From Lingula anatina (Eukaryota > Animalia > Brachiopoda), in the NCBI GenBank assembly GCA_051362555.1, contig CM120643.1, forward strand, positions 13,986,644 through 14,050,643: a DNA stretch of 64,000 nt, read 5' to 3'. Position numbers and translations under genes: made by a program. The notes under the pieces were generated by a model. That model searched no databases, was not told where the DNA came from, and saw only the letters and a program-made list of their open reading frames with translations. This document shows positions 20,989 to 33,120 of the stretch, in pieces. The first letter of the stretch is position 1; every line of letters begins with the position of its first letter.

Positions 20989-23763
20989 ATGTCTTCGTCA
21001 AGGGCAAGTTATAAAAACACAATTAATGACGATCAAGAATGCGGATCAAATGAAAAGAATGTGACTTTGAACAAAGAAGGTACTTATAATGAATCCGATG
21101 AGGCCACAGATAATGATGGAGAAATGCAACTAGATGCAAGAGATCATAGTATGAAGGTTGAAAATGGTTGTGGCGATATGAATTCACCTGAATTCAGTAA
21201 TCATGCTGATACACTGTGCATCAGCATCAAGATTTCTGATGATTCGATTAACAAAAAATTGAGAAGAAAACCTTTGTGCCTTATCTGTGGCCCACCCAAA
21301 GGCATCTTAAAAACTGAATACACAAAACTTTCTTCTTATCCTGATGTTGAAAAAGAAATCCGTGGACTGTTGAAAATACTTTCTCCTCCTTGTGAATCAG
21401 ATGCTTGTTGTGGCAGGTGTCTGGGTGTCATGAAAGATTTTTTGGCCTTGAAAAGGAAGATAATAGCCCTCCACATTGATGCACAGTTAGATCTACCAGA
21501 CAGTCAAGGCGATGGGGAATCAGGAGAGGATCAGGAAATGAGTGATGGGGAAAATATATCTTGCAATACCAACAACCAAGATCAAAATAGTGAGGTGCTT
21601 ATCAAACATGAAATAATTGACATCGGTTTTGGTGAGGACAATGACCATAGCAAAGAAAGGGAAAGCCTAAAAAACCATGAAGGAAATGGTAGGAAAACCC
21701 TATATTTGAAACCAAAAGTATACCATTGCTCTTACTGTGAAAGAACATTCAACAGGGCAAATACACATGCATTGCATGAAAGATCCCACACTGGTGAAAC
21801 AAATTATAAATGTGAATACTGTGAATTGTCATTTACCAGGGCAACTGATCTGAAGGAGCATGGTAGAGTTCATGAGCTGAAATGCTCATATTGTGGAAAA
21901 TCTTGTTGGGGGCCAAAAGCTCTGAAGAGACATGAGCTAGATTCTCACATTTCAAAGTTGCAACAGAGACCAAAAATATACAAGTGCTCTTACTGTGATA
22001 AAATAGTGACAAAGCAAAGTGCACTTACTGTGCATGAAATGATTCACACTGATGATCGTCTCAAATGTAAACATTGTGAAAAATCATTTACAAAAAGGGA
22101 TGATCTATTGGAGCACGATAAAATCCATGAATTGAAGTGCTCTCATTGTGGTAAATCTTGTTGGGGAACAAAAGCTCTTTCCAGTCATGAAAGGATTCAT
22201 GCTTGCAACAAAATGGACAGTAGTACAGAAGTACTTAAATGCTCATTTTGTGATAAAACATTTACTCATAAGAGTTCGCTTGTATCACATGAATTTATCC
22301 ACACTGGTGATAGACTCAAATGTAAACACTGTGAAAAATCCTTTACGAGGAAGGAAGACTTATTGGAGCACGATAAAACTCATGGATTGAAATGTTCTTA
22401 TTGTGGTAAATCTTGTAGGGGAACAAAAGCTCTTAGAAAACATGAGAGGAATCACACTGTTGCACAATACCGCATGGAAATGGAAATATATCAGTGTTCT
22501 CAATGTAATGAAACATTTCAAAGGGAAAGCGAACTTTTCTTGCATGAAATAAGTCACACTGCTGACAAAATCAAATGTAAACACTGTGAAGAAATTTTCA
22601 GTAAGAAAAGTGAGCTACTGGAGCATGATAAAATCCATGAATTGAAATGTTCTCTGTGTGGAAAGTCTTGTTGGGGAACAGAGGCTCTTGACAAGCATGA
22701 GAGGATTCACATTGATGATGAACCGTACACCACTGCAGAAAAGATAAAGTGCTCATACTGTGATGAAACGTTTAATGAAAGTGAACTCATTTTTCATGAA
22801 AAATCTCACACTATTGACGGATTCAAATGCCTCCAGTGTGAAAAGATATTTAGTAAAAAAGATGATTTAGTGGAACATGACAAGTCACATGAATTTAAAT
22901 GTTGTCATTGTGGAAAATCTTGTTGGGGAAAGAGAGCACTTGACAAGCATGAAAAGTTTCACATTGTTGAAAAACCCTACAAATGCAACACCTGTGATAA
23001 GTCATTTCTATTTAAAAGCTCATGGCAGAGCCACGAATATACTCACACTGGGGAAAAACCTTATTTGTGCCAGTATTGTACCAAAAGCTTTGCCCAAACC
23101 TCGACTTTGAAATCTCATGAATTCACCCAACACTCTGGAGAGAGGCCACACAAATGTCAATACTGTGGACAGGGCTTTGCCCTAAAATTAGCCTGTGAGG
23201 AACATGAACGCTTCCACACGGGGGAAAAGCCTTTCAAGTGTGATCATTGCGACAAGCGATTCGTAAGGAAAGCCACTTGGAGAGGTCATGTGAAAACCCA
23301 CCTTGGAATTAAACCACAAATATGTTCATACTGTGGAAAAGGTTTCCGTGACAGAGGCACCCTTGCTAAACATGAAAGGACTCACACTGGGGAGAGACCA
23401 TTTAAATGCAAATACTGTGATAAGGCTTTCAAAACTCAAACTCATCGCAGAGCACATGAAAAGACGCACATTGGACAGAAAGCGGTTAAACATCAGACAG
23501 CTGAAAATAAAGTGAAAAGTCTAGCTAAAATTCACAAAAGCCAGCGTGCTGAGGACGGCTTTGACAGTGAAAACTCTGATGGTTTGGAAATGAGTCAGCA
23601 GTTGGACAGTTCATTCATCAGTCAACAGTTTGATAGCACAAATAGACCCCAGCAAAGTGAGAATACATTCGGACCTCAGCACACTGACAGTGCATTTAGA
23701 TCTCAGCAAATGGAAACTTCATTTAGGGGTCCACACTCCAGTAATGTGTTCCCTACTCCATAG
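20989..23763 (+). CDS. ZNF4: ZAD-like C2H2 zinc-finger protein (924 aa, 21 fingers), C-terminally truncated by a nonsense change
   Basis: The ATG homologous to ZNF3/5 is at 20989 (the track's TTG start is not used). GAG>TAG at 23761; the ancestral TGA is at 23824-23826. Confidence 0.88.
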   Translation: MSSSRASYKNTINDDQECGSNEKNVTLNKEGTYNESDEATDNDGEMQLDARDHSMKVENGCGDMNSPEFSNHADTLCISIKISDDSINKKLRRKPLCLICGPPKGILKTEYTKLSSYPDVEKEIRGLLKILSPPCESDACCGRCLGVMKDFLALKRKIIALHIDAQLDLPDSQGDGESGEDQEMSDGENISCNTNNQDQNSEVLIKHEIIDIGFGEDNDHSKERESLKNHEGNGRKTLYLKPKVYHCSYCERTFNRANTHALHERSHTGETNYKCEYCELSFTRATDLKEHGRVHELKCSYCGKSCWGPKALKRHELDSHISKLQQRPKIYKCSYCDKIVTKQSALTVHEMIHTDDRLKCKHCEKSFTKRDDLLEHDKIHELKCSHCGKSCWGTKALSSHERIHACNKMDSSTEVLKCSFCDKTFTHKSSLVSHEFIHTGDRLKCKHCEKSFTRKEDLLEHDKTHGLKCSYCGKSCRGTKALRKHERNHTVAQYRMEMEIYQCSQCNETFQRESELFLHEISHTADKIKCKHCEEIFSKKSELLEHDKIHELKCSLCGKSCWGTEALDKHERIHIDDEPYTTAEKIKCSYCDETFNESELIFHEKSHTIDGFKCLQCEKIFSKKDDLVEHDKSHEFKCCHCGKSCWGKRALDKHEKFHIVEKPYKCNTCDKSFLFKSSWQSHEYTHTGEKPYLCQYCTKSFAQTSTLKSHEFTQHSGERPHKCQYCGQGFALKLACEEHERFHTGEKPFKCDHCDKRFVRKATWRGHVKTHLGIKPQICSYCGKGFRDRGTLAKHERTHTGERPFKCKYCDKAFKTQTHRRAHEKTHIGQKAVKHQTAENKVKSLAKIHKSQRAEDGFDSENSDGLEMSQQLDSSFISQQFDSTNRPQQSENTFGPQHTDSAFRSQQMETSFRGPHSSNVFPTP

Positions 23764-26194
23764 GCTGTTTATCTCGGAGATAACCCTAATCCTTACATGT
23801 ATGGCATGTATATGTCAGGGATGTGAATGTTGCATGTAACAAATTATTTACCATGCTCTGAAGCCTACTGCTCTGAAAACAAATCCATCTGCTTCAAACA
23901 TACAACATTCATTATTTAATTAAAAATAAGTTGAGAAGCCAGCTGCCAAAAGCAGTTGCTAAGGATCTAGTCATTATACTAACTGGGCTGGTCTGACTCT
24001 GTCGGGAACTCTGCAAAAAGTGCAATCAGTGGAATTCGCTATACAACACAAGATAGTTCATTCCCCCCACCCTGGTACTCAATACTTGTCAGACAATAAA
24101 GCTGATTACATTGATTGCACTTCAGCAAGAATCCCTTGCAGAGTTGGACTGATCAGTATGTGTGAATCTGATTGTGGTGTAAGAAATTTTAATTCCTTAC
24201 ATTAAAATGTGATTGATTTGCACAGAAAAAAGTAAAATATTTGAAAGAAAAATTGAGTTCATGTTTTATCTTACATTATGGTACATAGACTAAGTTCGAG
24301 CCTTTCCCAAGTTAATAGTACTTTAATAAAATGCATGTTAGAAATGGAAGTAAGGGTGGAACGTCATTACCTTACGGTCCCAGCAGGTCCTTTTTAATTA
24401 CATGAGCTAGGTTCACCAAGATTACAGTTAATTGGAAAGAAAGAGGGGGACGTTGTGGGATGATCCTGCACTTTGTAGATACTCTGTAGATATCTTGGAT
24501 AATGTTAACAACAATGTACTAAAAATAGGTGATGTGTGTCAAAGTATTAAAAAAATGTCACAAAATTAACTCGCGTATATGACTAGCATGCCAAAATCTG
24601 GTTCAATTCACTTCCCATTTGAGACGGCTCAGTAGGTAGAAAAATGTTCGGGTTGTCTCAGATACATGTATTAAAGACGAACGGTAATGAGGAAAAAATA
24701 TCAATCTTTCCATAACATAATTGTGAACACTCGAGAGAATTTTCTCTGATTTTTTGAGATAGCACCCCTGCTGTGCTTCTGAAGGAAGAAAGAAAGATTT
24801 CTAATAAACTGTGGAGAAAAAAAGTCTACTCCTTGAGAGAGAACGTAAAAATTATATTACAATTAACGGCCCTATTTCGATCGTTCTGGTTAGAACTAAT
24901 GTTATGGATATTCAAAGTTATTATGATAATTGAGTTTAATTTGCTGATAATGTTTTTGTTTTTTACTTGTCAAACGTAGAATAAAGACAAATGTTGAGTT
25001 TGTTTTGCAAAGTGATGCCGTCGCGTCATTAAAGCGCAATATTAAAATGAATTTATTCCCGTGGAACATAGGACTTCAAATCTTGGAAGGAGGACAGGGC
25101 TAGTTTTCAAATGGGTCAGTTAAGTACACCGCGTTAACAGGAAACGTCTTAATTATGCGGTTTATATGCTTAAAAACGTACATCTTACAATCCAGCCGAC
25201 AACCGGACGCGTGGGTTATCTTTCATCTTAACGTGCAAATAAATATATAAATGAAATAATAATAATGATAACAACAACAGTGTAGTCATAAGTCAGAAAA
25301 GGTTTGCCCCCCCTCCAAACCGCCGAATTTACTCGCGCAGAACGATGCTAAACAGTGGCAGATTTAGAGGTGTGGTCAGGGGGGGGGTCCTGCCCCCGCC
25401 CCCTTTTTCGATTTCTGAAAAAATCAAAGTAATATTCCCCTCTTGAAAATTAGAATTTTGACAAATTGAATCATAGTTCTAAACCGTATCTTACGACATC
25501 ATTCGCCTTCTATAATACCAAAATTTTGGGGCCCCGAACCCGGGGAAATACGCCAGGGGGAGGGGGGGGGGTCGGCTTGGCATCCGCGTACCCCACCCTC
25601 GTCCTTCAAATAATCCTGGATCCGCCCCTGCTAAATACCACTATTCGAAATAAGAGGGACGTCAGCCAAGGGAGGGAAGGACCTCGGTATTTAATGTAGT
25701 ATCAAATATTTATCGAGCAATTTGGGGCTATCCACGATGTCATAAACCGGGCAGTGCTGTGGGTGTAACACTCGGAACTACTCGGATGTCTCCGCACTCG
25801 ACTGCGGAATTAGCCGAGGATTGCCGATTGGTGTAATAGTGTAATTAGCTAAAGAAACCAAGACAGGCTGAGCTTTAGGAGGTGAGCATATTGGTGATTT
25901 GCGACATTGCGTTATAATTTTCTCAATTTGGCTAAATTTTTCTTTACAAAGTTGTCTATACTATAAATAAACAAAAGAATACATCGATATACTCAGAAAA
26001 GAAAATTTAAATAAGAAAATGTAAATGTCTTTATTTCATACAATCGAAAGACAGCACTTTCCCTTTGTTCGCACTTGCATTGATTTTTCCCTGGCGAAAC
26101 GATAAGATTGGGAGATTACTGTTCGTTTTAAAGGTTAATTTAAGAAGATCTTGAGCAAGAAAAGACTACCCATAGCACAGCCATTACTGATGCC

Positions 26195-29032
26195 ATGTCC
26201 TCGTCAAGGGAAAGTTATAAAAACGCAATTAATGACGATCAAGAATGCGGATCAGATGGAAAGAACGTGACTTTGAACAAAGAAGGTACTTATAATGAAT
26301 CCGATGAGGCCACAGATAATGATGGAGAAATGCAGCTAGATGTAAGGGATCATAGTGTGAAGGTTGAAAATGGTTGTGGCGATATGAATTCACCTGAATT
26401 CAGTAATCATGCTGATACACTGTGCATCAGCATCAAGATTTTTGATGATTCGATTAAGAAAAGATTGAGAAGAAAACCTTTGTGCCTTATCTGTGGTCCA
26501 CACAAAGGCATCTTAAAAACTGAATACACAAAACTTTCTTCTTATCCTGATGTTGAAAAAGAAATCCGTGGACTGTTGAAAATACTTTCTCCTCCTTGTG
26601 AATCAGATGCTTGTTGTGGCAGGTGTCTGGGTGTCATGAAAGATTTTTTGGCCTTGAAAAGGAAGATAATAGCCCTCCACATTGATGCACAGGTAGATCT
26701 ACCAGTCAGTCAAGGCGATGGGGAATCAGGAGAGGATCAGGAAATGAGTGATGGGGAAAATATATCTTGCAATACCAACAACCAAGATCAAAATAGTGAA
26801 GTGCTTATCAAACATGAAATAATTGACATCGGTTTTGGTGAGGACAATGACCATAGCAAAGAAAGGGAAAGCCTAAAAAACCATGAAGGAAATGGTAGGA
26901 AAACCCTATATTTGAAACCAAAAGTATACCATTGCTCTTACTGTGAAAGAACATTTAACAGGGCAAATACACATGCATTGCATGAAAGATCCCACACTGG
27001 TGAAACAAATTATAAATGTGAATACTGTGAATTGTCATTTACCAGGGCAACTGATCTGAAGGAGCATGGTAGAGTTCATGAGCTGAAATGCTCATATTGT
27101 GGAAAATCTTGTTGGGGGCCAAAAGCTCTGAAGAGACATGAGCTAGATTCTCACATTTCAAAGTTGCAACAGAGACCAAAAATATACAAGTGCTCTTACT
27201 GTGATAAAATAGTGACAAAGCAAAGTGCACTTACTGTGCATGAAATGATTCACACTGATGATCGTCTCAAATGTAAACATTGTGAAAAATCATTTACAAA
27301 AAGGGATGATCTATTGGAGCACGATAAAATCCATGAATTGAAGTGCTCTCATTGTGGTAAATCTTGTTGGGGAACAAAAGCTCTTTCCAGTCATGAAAGG
27401 ATTCATGCTTGCAACAAAATGGACAGTAGTACAGAAGTACTTAAATGCTCATTTTGTGATAAAACATTTACTCATAAGAGTTCGCTTGTATCACATGAAT
27501 TTATCCACACTGGTGATAGACTCAAATGTAAACACTGTGAAAAATCCTTTACGAGGAAGGAAGACTTATTGGAGCACGATAAAACTCATGGATTGAAATG
27601 TTCTTATTGTGGTAAATCTTGTAGGGGAACAAAAGCTCTTAGAAAACATGAGAGGAATCACACTGTTGCACAATACCGCATGGAAATGGAAATATATCAG
27701 TGTTCTCAATGTAATGAAACATTTCAAAGGGAAAGCGAACTTTTCTTGCATGAAATAAGTCACACTGCTGACAAAGTCAAATGTAAACACTGTGAAGAAA
27801 TTTTCAGTAAGAAAAGTGAGCTACTGGAGCATGATAAAATCCATGAATTGAAATGTTCTCTGTGTGGAAAGTCTTGTTGGGGAACACAGGCTCTTGACAA
27901 GCATGAGAGGATTCACATTGATGATGAACCATACACCACTGCAGAAAAGATAAAGTGCTCATACTGTGATGAAACTTTTAACGAAAGTGAACTCATTTTT
28001 CATGAAAAATCTCACACTATTGATGGATTCAAATGTCTCCAGTGTGAAAAGACATTTACTAAAAAAAGTGATTTAGTGGATCATGACAAGTCACATGAAT
28101 TTAAATGTTGTCATTGTGGAAAATCTTGTTGGGGAAAGAGAGCACTTGACAAGCATGAGAAGTTTCATACTGTTGGAAGACCCTACAAATGTAACACCTG
28201 TGATAAGTCATTTTCATGTAGAAGATTTTTGCAAGACCATGAAAATACTCACACCGGAGAAAAACCTTATTTGTGCCAGTATTGTACCAAAAGCTTTGCC
28301 CAAACCTCGACTTTGAAATCTCATGAATTCACCCAACATTCTGGAGAGAGGCCACACAAATGTCAATACTGTGGACAGGGCTTTGCCCTAAAATTGGCCT
28401 GTGAGGAACATGAACGCTTCCACACGGGGGAAAAGCCTTTCAAGTGTGATCACTGCGACAAGCGATTCGTAAGGAAAGCCAATTGGAGAGGTCATGTGAA
28501 AACCCACCTTGGAATTAAACCACAAATATGTTCATACTGTGGAAAAGGTTTCCGTGACAGAGGCACCCTTGCTAAACATGAAAGGACTCACACTGGGGAG
28601 AGACCTTTTAAATGCAAATACTGTGATAAGGCTTTTAAAAGAAAATTTCATTGCAGTACGCATGAAAAGACGCACATTGGACAGAAAGCGGTTAAACAGC
28701 AGACAGCTGAAAATAAAGTGAAAAGTCTAGGTAAAATTCACAAAAGCCAGCATGCTGAGGACAGCTTTAACAGTGAGAACTCTGATGGTTTGGTAATGAG
28801 TCAGCAGTTGGACAGTTCATTTATCAGTCAACAGTTTGATAGCACATATAGACCCCAGCACAGTGTGAGCACATTCAATCGTCAGCACCCTGACAGTACA
28901 TTAAGATCTCAGCACATGGAAACCTCATTTAGGGGTCCACACCCCAGTAATATGTTCCCTGCTCCAGAGGCTGTTCATCATGGAGAAAATCTAAATCCAT
29001 ATGGACATAACGTGTATATGCCTGGGATGTGA
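26195..29032 (+). CDS. ZNF5: ZAD-like C2H2 zinc-finger protein (945 aa, 21 fingers), mosaic of ZNF4-, ZNF3- and ZNF6-type segments
   Basis: Single ORF nearly identical to ZNF3/4, with tail GENLNPYGHNVYMPGM* as in ZNF6. Confidence 0.93.
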   Translation: MSSSRESYKNAINDDQECGSDGKNVTLNKEGTYNESDEATDNDGEMQLDVRDHSVKVENGCGDMNSPEFSNHADTLCISIKIFDDSIKKRLRRKPLCLICGPHKGILKTEYTKLSSYPDVEKEIRGLLKILSPPCESDACCGRCLGVMKDFLALKRKIIALHIDAQVDLPVSQGDGESGEDQEMSDGENISCNTNNQDQNSEVLIKHEIIDIGFGEDNDHSKERESLKNHEGNGRKTLYLKPKVYHCSYCERTFNRANTHALHERSHTGETNYKCEYCELSFTRATDLKEHGRVHELKCSYCGKSCWGPKALKRHELDSHISKLQQRPKIYKCSYCDKIVTKQSALTVHEMIHTDDRLKCKHCEKSFTKRDDLLEHDKIHELKCSHCGKSCWGTKALSSHERIHACNKMDSSTEVLKCSFCDKTFTHKSSLVSHEFIHTGDRLKCKHCEKSFTRKEDLLEHDKTHGLKCSYCGKSCRGTKALRKHERNHTVAQYRMEMEIYQCSQCNETFQRESELFLHEISHTADKVKCKHCEEIFSKKSELLEHDKIHELKCSLCGKSCWGTQALDKHERIHIDDEPYTTAEKIKCSYCDETFNESELIFHEKSHTIDGFKCLQCEKTFTKKSDLVDHDKSHEFKCCHCGKSCWGKRALDKHEKFHTVGRPYKCNTCDKSFSCRRFLQDHENTHTGEKPYLCQYCTKSFAQTSTLKSHEFTQHSGERPHKCQYCGQGFALKLACEEHERFHTGEKPFKCDHCDKRFVRKANWRGHVKTHLGIKPQICSYCGKGFRDRGTLAKHERTHTGERPFKCKYCDKAFKRKFHCSTHEKTHIGQKAVKQQTAENKVKSLGKIHKSQHAEDSFNSENSDGLVMSQQLDSSFISQQFDSTYRPQHSVSTFNRQHPDSTLRSQHMETSFRGPHPSNMFPAPEAVHHGENLNPYGHNVYMPGM

Positions 29033-29535
29033 TGTTGCACTGCACATGTATTTACAAAAGTGATACCAACTGCTCTGACAAAATGTGTTTATTTCTACAA
29101 TGAAGCATTGAAGAAATATGTTAAGGTCAATTAAAGTCATGAAGCATTTGCTTCATACTCAAGGCTATTAATTAGTAAATTTAAAATAACTGAAATTCAG
29201 AAGTTGTCAAAAATAGACTTAAAGATATTGTAATTTCTTAAATAAATATCTGATTAATTTTCAAAGATAACTTAGAGCAAAATACTTTTTAGTTGTTTTA
29301 GTTCTTTTCATGTTTTATCTTTTGTCATATAGTAGAGGTCTGGGCTTTGTCTTTTATATTTAACAGTACTTTTGGCCCTGGGCACCTTAAAGGGGGAAAA
29401 GAGCGGAATGCCGAAGCCCCCAGAATCCAGCCGATCCTGTTAAGAACATTGCTTCTGAAGAGGCTGACTGAAGGAAATGAGAGAGACTTCTGATGAACTG
29501 GTGGAATAGGAAAGGCTAACTACATGTTAAAGATC

Positions 29536-29538
<3 letters not shown>

Positions 29539-29596
<58 letters not shown>
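29539..29596. repeat. (AT)n microsatellite
   Basis: Directly visible. Confidence 0.95.
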
Positions 29597-29600
<4 letters not shown>

Positions 29601-30549
29601 AAAAAGCTCAGGGGTGCTCCGCCCACCCTGCCCACAGTTAACAGTCCTGTATGATTGATAGAACTGATGTTATGGTTTCTCAAAGTTCTTATAATAATTG
29701 AGTTTTATTTGCTGTTTATTTTATTTATTTTGCAAAATTTAGACTTATATAAATAAAGAAGTAAAGTTTATATGCAAAGTTTTGTCATCATGTCAGTATA
29801 GCGCAATATAATGCATTACATTCTGTAGAACATATGACTTCAAAAAATGGGGGGAGGGGGGAGGGTAGTTTCGGAACGGTGTCACTTTGTAGTACAGCAT
29901 TAAAAAAAGTATAAAAGGTTTTAAGGATACTGTAAACGTTTTTCAAAAGCGCTTTATTTACTGCCTTGCATACATTCATTTTGGATAGCAGATAAATGTT
30001 CAGTGACTAAATTAATTAACATTTACACACGTAATCTTATGAGTGACAACATAATTGCGATTATGGGGTAAAATGGAAAAAAATCCGTTTTACACATTTA
30101 CCTTTACCTGAGGACCTCGAACACCCATAACGCCAATTTGATGAGATCATTTAGTATCCAAAAATCCTACCAGATAATGTTCTTAAAGGCTTTGGTCCAT
30201 TTTAATGTTTATTAAGCAATAATGCCTTTTTTTAATGGAAATCCGTAATTAGGGGCCCATAAAGAGAACGGGGGCCGTCGTTTTCGATTGGTAGCCATTG
30301 ATATTGGGCCTGGAGATATAACCTATTTACAATTATACGAAAGGCTGGTGGCGGCCAGCGATTATCGCCCGGAACATTACAGTGACATTTTGTCCAAAGC
30401 AGCACATACCAGGTTTTTTGTGGCGAAAAAAGGGTCGACCATGGCGTCGAGGTGGGCTGAAGGTCGGACAGGCCACCCGACAGTGTGAGGCGAAGTATAA
30501 AAAATGGCATCGACCGAAATGACCTTTAATAGCTTCAAATGGTCGTAGG

Positions 30550-31440
30550 CTAGCACGAAAGTTCATGCGTTAACACTCCTAGCACAGACAGTACATATCA
30601 GAATCGTCAATAGGTATGCTAACCAGGGCCGTAGCCTCCGGGGGGGGGGGTGTCATTAATTGCTGCCCCCCCCCCCCTGGGATTTGAGGTGTAAAAAAAA
30701 TAATCGCAAAGGTAAAAAAAGTTGCAAAGTTGGTATCAATTCTGTGAGAAAATGCACTCATGGCCACTAGACAATCATTCAACAATCTGTTTACAACACG
30801 CTCGGCTGTCACCTTGATTGGATAGTAAACGATTGTCGTAAAATCGCTAAATGATATTAAAACCGGGTGCATAAACTTGAAAACCACCTACAACAACCTT
30901 GGACTACCACATTAATCCAATACAATGCAAAAATAAACTATAACAAGTGGTTAAAGCCTTCAAACCGAATGTCGTAAAGTCCCCATATACCTCCATAGAG
31001 ACAATAAAATAGAAGAAGCTTGTGAAACAAGAAAAATCCAGTTCCAACATAATAATCGAAATAAAATACTGCCGGGCATCGGAGCGGCCTAAAACTTGGC
31101 ACGCTTACCGCTAATACTGCAGGCTACATCATCCCGTCGCTCGTTTGTAAATTCCGTGCATGGCCTACGCACAATCAAACCGTAAAAAACAAATTCTCGG
31201 GGTGTCGTTGGCTAGGTCCACTCAACAATCCAATTCAGGAAATGACGTAACCGCAGAGGTCGCATTGTCCAATGGCATGGCTTCTTTTTCGTAATGGTAG
31301 GTTAGAGTTTTCCACACCGTGGGAGGGGGACACCCCCTCCGACACCCTCCCCCCTCAGGTCGCTCCCTCGTGTCCGCTTACTGCCCCCCTGGCATTTTGC
31401 TCAGGCTACGGCCCTGCTAACGCATGAATTTTCGTGCTAG
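30550..31440. mobile_element. Small inverted-repeat element interrupted by a nested transposon
   Basis: CTAGCACGAAAGTTCATGCGTTA (30550-30572) and TAACGCATGAATTTTCGTGCTAG (31418-31440) form a 23-bp inverted pair with 1 mismatch. Confidence 0.55.
30624..31416. mobile_element. Non-autonomous hAT5-like DNA transposon (5-bp TSD CTAAC)
   Basis: Perfect 14-bp TIR CAGGGCCGTAGCCT / AGGCTACGGCCCTG, flanked on both sides by CTAAC. Confidence 0.8.
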
Positions 31441-32171
31441 TAGTAAGCCTTTTAAGCATATCTTTGCATCGTTTTTTTAAAACATTCCTGTGAAGTGTTC
31501 ATAACGCTTTTTATATTCTGAGAGTACGAATAAAGACACTGTTTGTTTGATATTTGTTTTATTGATTGCTATACCAACAAAATGCGTGAAGCAACCTTAA
31601 ATAGATTTGGTAATATGCAGCATATCTATTCATGACTTTTTTACCCTTTACGAAGTATTCACAATGCTTTAATATTTTGAGAGCATGGATAAAGACATAT
31701 TGTTAGTTTGGTGCGTGTTTCTGTGGTAAATTTGTGTTTCCAGCATTGTACTGACAGCATTCCTTTACTTAAGCAGTATTTTTTTGGGGGGGACTGTTTT
31801 TTTCCGCCCTCTCGCACCGATTTCGGGGTCCCCAGAGGATGTCATCCATAAACATAAAAAAAGTGTGGCCTTAGGTACACAGCGTTAACAGGAAACGTCT
31901 CAACGTTTTTTTAGAAGTTAAATTATGCGGTTTATATGCGTAAAAGCGTACATCTTACAATCCAGCCGACAACCGGATGCGTGGGTTATCTTTCATCTTA
32001 TCGTGGAAATAGATACGTGGAAATAGATAAATAAACAAAATAATAATGATAACAACAACAGTGTAATCATAAGTCAGTAAAGGTTTGACCCCCACCCCCC
32101 AAACCGTCGAATTTTATCCGCGCAGTACGATGCTATACAGTGGCAGATTTAGAGGTGTGGTCAGGGTGGTC

Positions 32172-32206
<35 letters not shown>

Positions 32207-33120
32207 TTTTTCGATTTCTGAAAAAATCAAAGTAATATTCCCCTCTTGAAATTAGAAATTAGACTTTTGACAAGTTGAATCATAGTTCTAAACCGCACCT
32301 TATGGCACCATTCGCCCTCTATAATACCAAAATTTTGGGGGCCCCGAACCCAAAGAAATACGCCAGGGGGGAGGGGGGTCGGCCTCGCATCCGCGTACCC
32401 CTCCCCCCCTCCTGCTAAATGTCATTATTTGAAATAAGAGAGACGTCAGCCAAGGGAGGGAAGGACCTCGGTATTTAACATTTACCATGTTTGAAAGCGC
32501 GATACATCTAATCCGTCAAATATGTATCCCGGTACGCCTAATTTAATGCGATATGATCCTAAATAAAAACTCTTGGAGAGGAGTCAAAGTGTCTAAAATG
32601 CCTTTCAGAAATATTGCCATTCCCTTTTTTCCAATTGCCATTACATAAACCTTAAAAAACCAATTAAGCGAAATTAAATGTTGCATCTCGTACATGTAGT
32701 ATAAATATTTATCGATGCGCGTGTATTAAAAGCATTTTGGGGCTATCCATGACGTCATAAACCGGGCAGTGCTGTGATAGTGTAATTAGCTAAAGAAACC
32801 AAGACAGGCTGAGCTTTAGGAGGTGAGCATATTGGTGATTTGAGACATTGCCTTATAATTTTATCAATTTGGATAAGTTTGTAGTCTATACTATAAAAAA
32901 CACAAGAATACATCGATATACACAGAAAAGACAGTTTAAATAAGAAAATCTAAATGACTTTATTTCATACAATCGAAAGACAGCACTTTCCCTTTGTTCG
33001 CACTTGAATTGATATTTCTGTAGTAGCAGGACGACAAGATTGTGAGTTTATAATCCAATTTAAAGGTCATTTTATCTTGAGCAAGAAAAGACTACCCATA
33101 GCACAGCCATTACTGATATC

